Shown here one piece after another: positions 47,435-56,887 of a stretch of DNA of 64,000 nt. The translations under genes were made by a program, and so were the position numbers. Position 1 is the stretch's first letter, and the number at the start of each line of letters is the position of its first letter. The DNA comes from an uncultured Bacteroidales bacterium. Its GTDB lineage: Bacteria; Bacteroidota; Bacteroidia; Bacteroidales; Muribaculaceae. Below the pieces are notes generated by a model that was not told the origin of the DNA, ran no database searches, and saw nothing but the letters and a program-made list of their open reading frames with translations. The DNA is taken from the NCBI GenBank assembly GCA_947175575.1, contig CAMWNG010000003.1, positions 9,796 through 73,795 on the forward strand, written 5' to 3'.

Positions 47435-48817
47435 ATGCTTTCGGCTACGATGTGCGGTCTTAAGCTATACTTCGCATGGCTGTTCATACTTGTCATACTG
47501 ATAAATCGGTTTATCAACAATAAATACGATTTCATCATCATGCTCACCATCCTCGGATGTGGCATGCAGCTTATCGATTTGTCGGATTTGTATTTCCCAA
47601 CATCATCCGTGATATTCTGTATTAGTGTCATAATCTTCGTCCTATTCAAGAGAAAAGGAATTATGAAACAGCTGTCATGGTGGTTATTGATCTACCTTTG
47701 CTGCTTGATTTGGATAGCACACTACAGTCTGGAATCCCTACCCAAACAAATGACTGGACTCTTGAGATACATGATGGTGATTTCATTCATCATACCTGTC
47801 TCGGTATTTTCCGGATTGGAATTCGACATCAGATACTTTTTCAAGAGGGTTTTGGTATTCGCATTTCTTTTCGCCGGATTTTTCATGATGGATGTTTGCA
47901 TTTTCAACGGCGCATTCCTACTCCCCCGCGACCAGTCATGGATATATTACGAGATGGCGTCTGATATAGAGAATATCAATATCATGCCTTTTGCGTTCAT
48001 ATTCCCAAGGCGATGGCCACAAGGTCTGTATATTTATATCCTGTGTATTTATCCTTTGGCGAGGATGTATAAATTGTCTATATTCCAATGGCTATGGCTT
48101 GTAATACCGATTGGATTATCAAGGACTTTTACCTATACAATTGGTTTGGTCATCACATATTTCTGTTGTATAGGTACACCCAGACAGTGGCTTAAGTATG
48201 CTATTGTTGGCCTTGTCGGCTTTACGGCTCTTTATTTCATAGATGCTCAGTTCCCTGAATATGATGGTAGCTCGACGCTCCGAATAAAATCTTCAGTAGA
48301 CCAATTCTTATATCTGGACCTTGATAAAGCGGATGAAGAAGATCTTGCCGAACTCGGTTCCACCCGTGGCGCACAGATCATCCCCAAAATCGAACATTTG
48401 TTGTCAATGGGCAAACAATGGGTGGGTTTCGGTTTTATACGTTCCGATTCAAATATTCAGGCATACGTTATTGAAAACGATTTGTATAACAATCCTGATA
48501 TGGCCGAAGAGCTCGCTACCGGCGTTGAAAGTATGCCATTTCAGATCGTACTGACAATCGGTATCATAGGACTTGTCATCGTGCTCGCCTTTTATATTGG
48601 TATAAGCTGGTTGATAAGAAAACTACCACATTGCGGATATTTCAATTCCGTACTGTGGTGTCTGTTTATCATAGGCGCCAGTGGCTTCGGCGGTTGGATT
48701 GTCCCAGATACTCTATATATTCTCGCTCTGTCATTAGGTGTCGTTATCATGGACGGTAGAACATCCACTTCTGACTTCGCCCCCTTGCGTCCCTATTATC
48801 CAGGATCTCGCTTATGA
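47435..48817 (+). CDS. polytopic membrane protein, O-antigen/EPS polymerase (Wzy)-like candidate
   Basis: About 10+ hydrophobic segments and one larger loop, AT-rich codon usage, and a position between wzc and wzx. I moved the start to the first ATG after the terminator (MLSATMCGL). The exact start is uncertain. Confidence 0.55.
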   Translation: MLSATMCGLKLYFAWLFILVILINRFINNKYDFIIMLTILGCGMQLIDLSDLYFPTSSVIFCISVIIFVLFKRKGIMKQLSWWLLIYLCCLIWIAHYSLESLPKQMTGLLRYMMVISFIIPVSVFSGLEFDIRYFFKRVLVFAFLFAGFFMMDVCIFNGAFLLPRDQSWIYYEMASDIENINIMPFAFIFPRRWPQGLYIYILCIYPLARMYKLSIFQWLWLVIPIGLSRTFTYTIGLVITYFCCIGTPRQWLKYAIVGLVGFTALYFIDAQFPEYDGSSTLRIKSSVDQFLYLDLDKADEEDLAELGSTRGAQIIPKIEHLLSMGKQWVGFGFIRSDSNIQAYVIENDLYNNPDMAEELATGVESMPFQIVLTIGIIGLVIVLAFYIGISWLIRKLPHCGYFNSVLWCLFIIGASGFGGWIVPDTLYILALSLGVVIMDGRTSTSDFAPLRPYYPGSRL

Positions 48818-50364
48818 GCCAAGCTACCTCCCGACGCATAGCACGCAATTCGCTGTATTTGTATCTGAGGATGCTCGTCACCCTCTTCGTGAGTCTGTAC
48901 ACTTCGCGTGTGATGCTTCAGGTACTCGGCGTTCGAGACTATGGCGTGTATAATGTAGTCGGAGGCATGGTGGTCATCCTATCGTTCCTAAACGGCACGA
49001 TGAGTGGCACCACACAGCGTTTCCTGAATTTCGAAATGGGTCGTGCAGCTGAAGGACAATTGAAGCGTACCTTTGAAGCCGCATTTTCCATTCATCTTTG
49101 CGTTTCCGCCATATTATTCATTCTTGGCGAAACCGTCGGATTGTGGTTTGTCAATACACAGCTCGTAATATTACCCGAACGCATCGTGGCTGCCAACTGG
49201 GCATATCAGTTCGCCCTGCTCGGTGGCGTGTGCACCATCATGCAGGTCCCGTTCACCGGTGCCATATTGGCCCACGAGCACATGAATGCCTACGCATATA
49301 TCAATCTCGCATTCACGTTTTTGAAGCTTGGCGTGACCGTCGCACTCCTATATATCGGTGCTATCGACACACTTATAATTTATGCCGCCCTGATTTTTGC
49401 GGTCACTGTTCTCACCACATGGCTTTTCGCAAGATATTGTCATACACACTTCATCGAATGTCGCATGAACTTCAGCTGGCATAAAAATGAAATAAAAGAT
49501 ATGCTGCGGTATTCTCTCAGCGATCTTATCGGCACTACATGCTACACAGTGGAGAATCAAGGCGTGATCGTGATTCTGAACCGTATCGGCGGCACCATCC
49601 TCAACGCGGCAGGCGGTCTTAGCGTCACCGTCGGGAATGCCTTGTTTCAGTTCGGCACTTCAATCATCATGGCATTCCGTCCGCAGATAATTCAGCAATA
49701 TGCAGCCGGAAATTATACATACATGCAGACTCTCCTTGTCAATTGTTCCAAATTCTCGATTCTTCTGATGGGAATGTTCGCGATACCGGCCTTTGCCGAG
49801 ATGGATTATCTGTTGAATATATGGCTGACAGATGTACCTCCCTATACAGCCGATTTCTGCCGAATATCTCTGATAGCCCTCTTGAGCATGTTGACGCTTC
49901 AGACACTGAACGCGGCGATGCATGCTACAGGCAAGATCTTTATATTCAGCTTAATAACTGGTCTGTCGTATCTGTTGGAACTGCCCGTCATGTACTATCT
50001 CATGCGGCAGACAGGCAATCCACGCTGGGCATATTACGTTCCGATTTTCCAATTGTCCATGTGCGTTTTCATTGTCGCTGGAATGTTCAAATATCGTCTC
50101 CCTCAGTTCAAGGCATGGAATTTCCTAATAAACGGATACTTCGCGCCCTGGGCCTTGGTAATCACACTCGGATATTTGATTACATGGTTCCAGAAATATC
50201 TATGTGGTCAAGGTTTCGGAGAAAGTTTCGTACAGCTTATTGTTATAGGCTTATTATCGGTCCTATCTGTTTGCTCTATAGCATGGCTGGTTCTATTACC
50301 GGCGGAAGTCTGTTGCCAAATTCGAAACACCATCAGAAACCGTTTTAATAGACATAAAAACTAA
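48814..50364 (+). CDS. wzx: oligosaccharide flippase (Wzx / polysaccharide biosynthesis protein, MOP superfamily)
   Basis: N-terminus IARNSLYLYLRMLVTLFVSLYTSRVMLQVLGVRDYGVYNVVGG is typical. About 14 TM segments. Start overlaps the upstream stop (ATGA). Confidence 0.8.
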   Translation: MSQATSRRIARNSLYLYLRMLVTLFVSLYTSRVMLQVLGVRDYGVYNVVGGMVVILSFLNGTMSGTTQRFLNFEMGRAAEGQLKRTFEAAFSIHLCVSAILFILGETVGLWFVNTQLVILPERIVAANWAYQFALLGGVCTIMQVPFTGAILAHEHMNAYAYINLAFTFLKLGVTVALLYIGAIDTLIIYAALIFAVTVLTTWLFARYCHTHFIECRMNFSWHKNEIKDMLRYSLSDLIGTTCYTVENQGVIVILNRIGGTILNAAGGLSVTVGNALFQFGTSIIMAFRPQIIQQYAAGNYTYMQTLLVNCSKFSILLMGMFAIPAFAEMDYLLNIWLTDVPPYTADFCRISLIALLSMLTLQTLNAAMHATGKIFIFSLITGLSYLLELPVMYYLMRQTGNPRWAYYVPIFQLSMCVFIVAGMFKYRLPQFKAWNFLINGYFAPWALVITLGYLITWFQKYLCGQGFGESFVQLIVIGLLSVLSVCSIAWLVLLPAEVCCQIRNTIRNRFNRHKN

Positions 50365-50550
50365 ATCTCAACTTAATTCTAATGTTAAACTATAACCTGA
50401 GAGTTTATTTGATTGATATATAGTGAAGCATAGTATCTCAAATTATAAATAATCTATAAGTCGAAACAGAATCATAACTTCACGAAAAACTATCCCTCCC
50501 AACACTATAACAGAAATACGTTTTACAGATGCTCAATATCTGTTTAATAT

Positions 50551-51579
50551 CTATAGAAATTTCTTTATACTACGAACAAGACGTGACGAAATTCGACTTA
50601 TTACCCAACCTACTGTTATTGAGCAGATAAATGTAATAAAGACAAGCATACCTGAATTAATTTCAGGCGTGATATAAATAATATATACCATAACCAATCC
50701 ATGCAATAGATATATTTCATAAGAAATATTACCTAAGAATCTCCCTATGGGATTATTAAACTTTAAATACTGTGCACAAGTAAAAATTGTTAACATAAAT
50801 GACACCCCTAATGCTACCTTGAGCAAATATGCACCCCAGAAATAAATGGGTTTAAATTTTATATATGCCACGCCCAGGAGTCCCGTCATAAATATCAAAG
50901 TAATCGCTTTGCGAACATTTTTGCGACTCATCCAGACTATCATTTGGCTTCTGTATTTATACGCGAGTAATCCCCAAACCAGACCCATCCGTTCAAACGG
51001 CCACACTGATGTGGACCAACTATCTAAAGTGAAATAATAATAAAGGCTTGATCCCGTAACTACTGCAATTAGTATGCTCTGTGCAATCCATCGCGTTACT
51101 ATAATTTTATATAACAAGTAAAAGAGAACACAATACTCAAGCAAAATTGTAACGTAATGGTTGAATTTCAAAAGCTCCGTCCACCGTTCAGCGTAATGCA
51201 ACCTATTAATTAAACAGTATCCATATGCAAGCACATTAACCAAAAACATCGGTATTAAAAGTCCTGATAAGCGATTAATCCAGAAGCGACGTAGATAATC
51301 AGGACGATGGTTATATGAATATTCCATACCGTAAGCAGATACAAAGAAGAAATAAGTTACCGCGATATAGGCGTAGCTTCCGATACATTTTTGGAGAGGG
51401 TTTGTGTAGGCCTCAGGGAAATGTATCATAACCACAATGATGGCAGCTATTCCTTTGAGCAAGTGAGTAGTAGGAAAATCAAAAGCATCAGACATAATAT
51501 CAGAGGCATAGTTTCTCAAACGCACTCTCCAAAACAAAGCAAATATTGTAAATATCAACACAACAAGTGTAAGAACCAT
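50551..51579 (-). CDS. acyltransferase family 3 membrane protein (putative O-acetyltransferase)
   Basis: 342 aa, about 10 TM segments, LLKGIAAIIVVMIHF motif near the N-terminus, very AT-rich. Confidence 0.7.
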   Translation of the reverse strand: MVLTLVVLIFTIFALFWRVRLRNYASDIMSDAFDFPTTHLLKGIAAIIVVMIHFPEAYTNPLQKCIGSYAYIAVTYFFFVSAYGMEYSYNHRPDYLRRFWINRLSGLLIPMFLVNVLAYGYCLINRLHYAERWTELLKFNHYVTILLEYCVLFYLLYKIIVTRWIAQSILIAVVTGSSLYYYFTLDSWSTSVWPFERMGLVWGLLAYKYRSQMIVWMSRKNVRKAITLIFMTGLLGVAYIKFKPIYFWGAYLLKVALGVSFMLTIFTCAQYLKFNNPIGRFLGNISYEIYLLHGLVMVYIIYITPEINSGMLVFITFICSITVGWVISRISSRLVRSIKKFL

Positions 51580-52125
51580 CGTAAAGAGTTAATTATGGTT
51601 ATGGAAATAATAATTTAAAATTTATCAAAGACTAATACCATTAGGTAAACCATTGTCAGACGAATTAAGTATATTGTAACATTGAGCGCGCGATCAAGTA
51701 TAGTATTAAACTTGATAATCTCGACAGGAGTCCAACTATCAAGCCTAAGTATCTATCTAAGTGTGATGTAATCAAATTTCATTTCAGAGTTATGAATACA
51801 TTACTGCAATGATACCAGCTAACCGTAATCCAAATCAATTTTTTAATTTTGATAACTTTTTATGGAGCAACTATTTAGCCAGACAATCATAAATTTTCTC
51901 CTGATATGATTGTCAATGAATCATTGTAAACACGATTAACAACTACTGACGCTATTGTTTTTTGATGACAACATCAAGTTCCACTATGTGTCATAATAAA
52001 CTGATACGCTCAATATATCATATGAAAGAATTAGGATTCATTTGAATAATGTCAAGCTATCTAATGATCTATTAATCACATGAAGCGACAAACAATTTGG
52101 GGATTTATCGTCCTCATTATGTTTA

Positions 52126-53499
52126 TTAATCTATCTCATTCTTCAGCAGTGCGATTGCTTCGGCAGGTGAAACAGTCTGTTGCGTTCCTTCGGCCATGTT
52201 CTTCAATGTGATGACACCCTGCTCCACTTCGGTTTCACCCACGATCGCAACATAGGGAATACCCGATGTATTAGCATACGCCATCTGCTTCTTCATCTTC
52301 GCGTTATCGGGGTAGAGTTCGCATGTGATTCCGGCAGCACGCATTTCTTTGATGACTTTGAGCGAGAATGCGGCCTCTTTCACACCGAAATTCACAAACA
52401 TCACCTGCGAATGAGCCCCCAGGCTGGCAGGATAAAGATCCAGTCCGTTTAATACGTCATAAATTCTATCGGCTCCGAATGAAATGCCCACACCTGAAAG
52501 GCCGGGCATACCGAATACACCCGTCAGATTATCATAACGGCCGCCACCGGTGATTGACCCAATGGCGAAATCTTTGGCCTTGACTTCGATAATCGTACCG
52601 GTATAATAATTGAGTCCGCGGGCAAGCGACACATCAAGATCAAGTTCGGCACGAAGTCCGAGCGCGAGAGAGCCGTCGACTACCTCACGCAATTCCTTGA
52701 CTCCGAGGCTTCCGATCTCTGACGGTTTCAGCAATTCTTCGAGTGCATCAAGCCGTTCATTTATGGTTCCGCTTATCTGCAACATAGGCTGAAGCGCCTG
52801 GATCGCTTCGGCAGAAAGACCACGGAAAGCAAGTTCCTCATTGACTTTTTCAATACCGATTTTGTCGATTTTATCGATGGCGACAGTAATATCCACGAGA
52901 CTGTCAGGTGCACCGATCAGTTCGGCTATTCCGGCCAGCACCTTACGGTTGTTGAGTTTGATCACGATCCTGATGCCAAGGCGTGCGAACACTTCGTCGA
53001 TAAGCTGAAGCAATTCTATCTCGTTAACGAGAGAATCGCTGCCCACAACGTCGGCATCGCACTGATAGAATTCACGGTAACGGCCCTTCTGCGGCCGGTC
53101 GGCTCGCCATACGGGCTGAATCTGATAGCGGCGGAAAGGCATTTGCAATTCGTTGCGATGCTGCACCACGAAACGTGCGAAAGGCACCGTCAGGTCATAT
53201 CTTAAACCTTTCTCAGAAATCTGGGTAGTCAGTCGCGTGAAACATTCTTCATTGAGAAAATCAGGATTGACTCCGGCCAGATAATTACCTGAATTGAGAA
53301 TCTTGAAGAGCAGTTTGTCTCCCTCCTCGCCGTATTTACCCATCAGGGTCGAAAGATTCTCCATAGCCGGAGTCTCGATCTGATGAAAACCGAAAAGTCG
53401 GAACACGGATCGTATAGTGTCGAAAATATAGTTTCTGCGAGCCATCTCCGCGGGAGAGAAGTCGCGTGTACCTTTGGGTATCGAAGGTTTCTGTGCCAT
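52126..53499 (-). CDS. hisS: histidine--tRNA ligase
   Basis: PKGTRDF start, class II motifs ([32 protein letters not shown]) and an anticodon-binding C-terminus. Confidence 0.96.
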   Translation of the reverse strand: MAQKPSIPKGTRDFSPAEMARRNYIFDTIRSVFRLFGFHQIETPAMENLSTLMGKYGEEGDKLLFKILNSGNYLAGVNPDFLNEECFTRLTTQISEKGLRYDLTVPFARFVVQHRNELQMPFRRYQIQPVWRADRPQKGRYREFYQCDADVVGSDSLVNEIELLQLIDEVFARLGIRIVIKLNNRKVLAGIAELIGAPDSLVDITVAIDKIDKIGIEKVNEELAFRGLSAEAIQALQPMLQISGTINERLDALEELLKPSEIGSLGVKELREVVDGSLALGLRAELDLDVSLARGLNYYTGTIIEVKAKDFAIGSITGGGRYDNLTGVFGMPGLSGVGISFGADRIYDVLNGLDLYPASLGAHSQVMFVNFGVKEAAFSLKVIKEMRAAGITCELYPDNAKMKKQMAYANTSGIPYVAIVGETEVEQGVITLKNMAEGTQQTVSPAEAIALLKNEID

Positions 53500-53521
53500 G
53501 AGAGTGCATTTTATTATTTTG

Positions 53522-53529
53522 CAAAGTTA
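53522..53529 (-). promoter_or_regulatory. -7 promoter box (TAACTTTG) for hisS
   Basis: The reverse complement of caaagtta matches TAnnTTTG, 23 nt upstream of the ATG. Confidence 0.5.
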
Positions 53530-53634
53530 GTAATTTTTTCCTTAACAGTTATCCCTTTAATAAAAAAACGGGCATAATGCACCCACAGCTTATTGACATA
53601 AAATCTCTCATTTGCCAGATTCGGATTTTTTTGC

Positions 53635-53642
53635 TACCTTTG
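53635..53642 (+). promoter_or_regulatory. -7 promoter box (TACCTTTG) for the TPR/PD40 gene
   Basis: Exact TAnnTTTG match 19 nt upstream of the ATG at 53661. Confidence 0.5.
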
Positions 53643-53660
53643 GGCATAAATATATTCGAT

Positions 53661-55073
53661 ATGCGTAAATTTCTGCTCACAGCAATAATCGTCGCCTGCG
53701 CCTGCTCTGCTTTCGCCGGAGCGGTGGATGAAGCCAAAGCTCTATATTACGAAGGACAGTATGCTGCTGCGCTTGAAAAGCTCGAAGCTGCAGTGGCCCG
53801 TTCGCCTCGCGACGGCAACGCCAACTATTGGCTCGGTGCCACTCTTGTGGCCCTCGGGCGCCCGTCTGAGGCCGAAGCGCCATTGAAAAAAGCGGAGTCA
53901 AAGGGTGTTGCTGATGCAGCCCTCGCATTGGCACGCATCGCCACTGATGATTACCGTCCTGCGGATGCCCGCGAATGGTACGACTCTTACGAACGCCTGA
54001 TGCGTAAGACCCGAAAGGATGTTCCCGCCGAAGTTGAAGAAGCTCAGAGCCGACTGGTGCTCATGGAGAATATGCTTGACCGTGTGGAACGCATTGCAGT
54101 AATCGATTCCATTGTTGTCGATGCAGACTTGTTTTTCACCCACTACCGGCTCTCGCCGGAAGCCGGACGGCTTGTCGAGGGTAGCGCAGTACTGATGCCG
54201 GATGTAGAGATGGCATTCGTTCCACAGAGCCGCACCGAGATTCTTTATGCAGCACCGGACTCTACCGATACGTTCGTGCTGATGGGAGCCGATATTCTGG
54301 ATGACGGAACGGTCGATCACCCTGCCCCGCTCCCCGGTGACGATCTCGGCGACGGTGGTAATGCCGAATATCCCTTCCTGATGTCCGACGGTCTGACCCT
54401 CTATTTCGCCTCGGACGGCGACGGCTCGATCGGTGGCTACGATATTTTCCTGACCCGCCGTGGCGATGACGGATTCCTCCAACCCCAGAATATCGGCATG
54501 CCTTACAACTCGCCTTACGACGACTATCTGCTTGCCATCGACGAAACCACAGGTGCCGGTTGGTGGGCCACGGACCGCAACCGTATTCCCGGCAAAGTGA
54601 CTATCTATGTGTTCATCCCGGAGGAAAACCGAGTCAATGTACCGGAAGATGATCCCAATCTCACGGCTCTCGCCCGTCTGAGTGACATTTCGCTCACTCA
54701 GCGTCCGGGAGCGGACTATAAAAAGACTCTGGCACGTATCCAACAACTCGGCATGATGGACAATGTGCGCAACTCTGCCGAAACCGTCGGAGGAGGATTC
54801 TATCTCCCAGTCGCTTCGCTTGACCGCATCTACACCCGACTCGATGATTTCCGCAATCCTCAGGCGCGCGCTTCGATGATTCAGGCTCTGGAATGTCGGG
54901 CTGAGATAGAACAAATCGGCAACCGTCTGGCCGCTCTGCGCAAAGCCTACTCGGACGGACGAACCTCCGAGAGCATCAACATCCTGAACCTCGAGAACAG
55001 CCTTGATGATGCACGTCGGCGTATGAAGACCTTTGTAAACCGTGCCGTATCGGCCGAATCATCCGACAAGTAA
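53661..55073 (+). CDS. secreted TPR plus PD40 (WD40-like beta-propeller repeat) protein
   Basis: Signal peptide MRKFLLTAIIVACACSAFAG, a TPR-like helical N-terminus, and PD40-like repeats (YPFLMSDGLTLYFASDG, GGYDIFL). The track start at 53577 would cover the promoter box. Confidence 0.65.
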   Translation: MRKFLLTAIIVACACSAFAGAVDEAKALYYEGQYAAALEKLEAAVARSPRDGNANYWLGATLVALGRPSEAEAPLKKAESKGVADAALALARIATDDYRPADAREWYDSYERLMRKTRKDVPAEVEEAQSRLVLMENMLDRVERIAVIDSIVVDADLFFTHYRLSPEAGRLVEGSAVLMPDVEMAFVPQSRTEILYAAPDSTDTFVLMGADILDDGTVDHPAPLPGDDLGDGGNAEYPFLMSDGLTLYFASDGDGSIGGYDIFLTRRGDDGFLQPQNIGMPYNSPYDDYLLAIDETTGAGWWATDRNRIPGKVTIYVFIPEENRVNVPEDDPNLTALARLSDISLTQRPGADYKKTLARIQQLGMMDNVRNSAETVGGGFYLPVASLDRIYTRLDDFRNPQARASMIQALECRAEIEQIGNRLAALRKAYSDGRTSESINILNLENSLDDARRRMKTFVNRAVSAESSDK

Positions 55074-55085
55074 ATAATTTCTGTC

Positions 55086-56072
55086 ATGGAACTCACCATA
55101 ATACTTCTGGCAGTGGCACTGGTGGTGCTTCTCGCCGTGTTCTTCTACTATTGCCCCTTCTTTCTCTGGATTTCAGCCCGCGCGAGCGGAGTGCGCCTCT
55201 CCATGCTGCAGCTTGTGCTGATGCGCATACGTCAGGTGCCGGCCTCGGTGATCGTCCGCGCCCTCATCGAGGCTCACAAAGCAGGTCTCGACGATGTCAC
55301 ACGCGACGACCTCGAAGCCCACTATCTCGCGGGCGGTAACCCCGAACGCGTGGTTCACGCTCTTGTCTCGGCGTCCAAAGCCAATATTCCTCTTGGATTC
55401 AAGATGGCCACAGCCATCGACCTCGCCGGCCGCGACGTATTCCAGGCCGTACAGATGAGTGTAAATCCCAAAGTGATCGAGACACCTCCGGTGACAGCCG
55501 TGGCAAAGGACGGCATCCAGCTCATAGCCATCGCGCGAGTCACTGTCCGTGCCAACATCCGTCAGCTTGTGGGTGGCGCCGGCGAAGACACAGTGTTGGC
55601 TCGTGTAGGCGAAGGAATCGTAAGCAGCATCGGCTCGTCAGCTTCGCATAAACAGGTGCTCGAGAACCCCGACTCCATTTCCAAACTTGTGCTCAGCAAG
55701 GGGCTTGACTCCGGCACAGCCTTCGAGATTCTGTCAATCGACATCGCCGACATAGACATAGGCAAAAACATCGGTGCTGTTCTTCAGATCGATCAGGCTC
55801 AGGCAGACAAGAACATCGCCCAGGCCAAAGCCGAAGAACGCCGCGCCATGGCCATCGCTCTCGAACAGGAAATGAAGGCCAAGGCCCAGGAAGCCCGCGC
55901 CAAGGTAATCGAGGCCGAGGCTGAGTTGCCCCGTGCCATGGCACGTGCCTTCGCCGATGGGAATCTCGGTGTGATGGACTATTATCGCATGAAAAACGTA
56001 GAGGCTGACACACGCATGCGTCAGTCGATTGCCGAAGACGGCGTTCTACCCGCCGATAATTCTTCCAAATGA
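55086..56072 (+). CDS. floA: flotillin-like protein FloA (SPFH/UPF0365 family)
   Basis: N-terminal TM segment, then [22 protein letters not shown]..., a typical FloA/YqfA opening, followed by an A/E/K-rich coiled tail. Confidence 0.85.
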   Translation: MELTIILLAVALVVLLAVFFYYCPFFLWISARASGVRLSMLQLVLMRIRQVPASVIVRALIEAHKAGLDDVTRDDLEAHYLAGGNPERVVHALVSASKANIPLGFKMATAIDLAGRDVFQAVQMSVNPKVIETPPVTAVAKDGIQLIAIARVTVRANIRQLVGGAGEDTVLARVGEGIVSSIGSSASHKQVLENPDSISKLVLSKGLDSGTAFEILSIDIADIDIGKNIGAVLQIDQAQADKNIAQAKAEERRAMAIALEQEMKAKAQEARAKVIEAEAELPRAMARAFADGNLGVMDYYRMKNVEADTRMRQSIAEDGVLPADNSSK

Positions 56073-56887
56073 CGGTCGGAAGGCTCAAAGACATAATTTC
56101 ATCGGGTGAGGGATATAACTTTCACACCCATACCCCATGGTGCGACGGCCATTCCGCTCCGCGCGAAATGGCACTGGCGGCGATAGCGGCCGACATCTCA
56201 CATCTGGGCTTCTCGCCCCATTCTCCGGTGCCTGTCCCATCGCCTTGCAACATGGCGATGACCGATGTACCGGCCTATTTTGACGCGATTACTCGGTTAC
56301 GCGATGAATTCTATCCCGGACTGCATGTATATACCGGGATGGAAGTGGACTATCTGCACGGCCTCTACGGCCCCGCATCTCCGGAGATTCAGGATCTCGG
56401 CCTTGACTTCGCCATCGGGTCCGTACACTTCATTCCGCGCCGCGACGGCCGCTTCGTGGATATCGACGGCAACTTTGACTCGTTCACACGCAAGATGCAC
56501 GACGACTTCGGCGGCGATATCGTCTACGTGGTCAACACCTTCTACGAAGCGTCGCACCGTATGCTCGAACTCGGAGGTTTCGAAATACTCGGCCATGCCG
56601 ACAAGGTGGCCCAGAACGCCGGGCTCTATCATCCCGGACTCGAACAGGAAGGGTGGTACCGCGATCTCGCCGACAATTTCTTAAAGGCCGTCGCCGAATC
56701 GGGTGTTATTGTGGAAATCAACACGAAAGTCCGCGCCGACAAAGGACGCTTCTTCCCGCATGAACGCTTCTGGCCCCGTCTTGTGGAATCAGGCGTAGCA
56801 TTGATGGTGAACAGCGATGCCCATTATGCCGAAAAAATCAATGCCTCACGCGGTGAGGCACTTGAAACGCTCCAACGATATGCCTGA
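56069..56887 (+). CDS. PHP-family histidinol-phosphatase-like protein (HisJ family)
   Basis: [13 protein letters not shown] metal-binding start and SDAH near the C-terminus. Overlaps the floA stop (ATGA). Confidence 0.7.
   Translation: MTVGRLKDIISSGEGYNFHTHTPWCDGHSAPREMALAAIAADISHLGFSPHSPVPVPSPCNMAMTDVPAYFDAITRLRDEFYPGLHVYTGMEVDYLHGLYGPASPEIQDLGLDFAIGSVHFIPRRDGRFVDIDGNFDSFTRKMHDDFGGDIVYVVNTFYEASHRMLELGGFEILGHADKVAQNAGLYHPGLEQEGWYRDLADNFLKAVAESGVIVEINTKVRADKGRFFPHERFWPRLVESGVALMVNSDAHYAEKINASRGEALETLQRYA

Noticed and set aside
50525-50543. Small hairpin (acagat-N7-atctgt) between wzx and the acyltransferase gene, considered as a terminator.
   Set aside because: The stem is only 6 bp and AT-rich, with no clear U tract on either strand. 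This is too weak to call.
53898-54914. 338-aa ORF antisense to the TPR/PD40 gene. Similar long antisense ORFs occur at 22300-23169 (purA), 6194-7048 (menD), 33063-33785 (mlaF/holB), 42786-43496 (serC/serA), 35532-36227 (PPIase), 14997-15635 (fbp) and 59446-60063 (galE/phosphatase).
   Set aside because: Each overlaps a sense-strand gene with clear family motifs. None shows motifs of its own, and they are the expected by-product of GC-moderate coding sequence.
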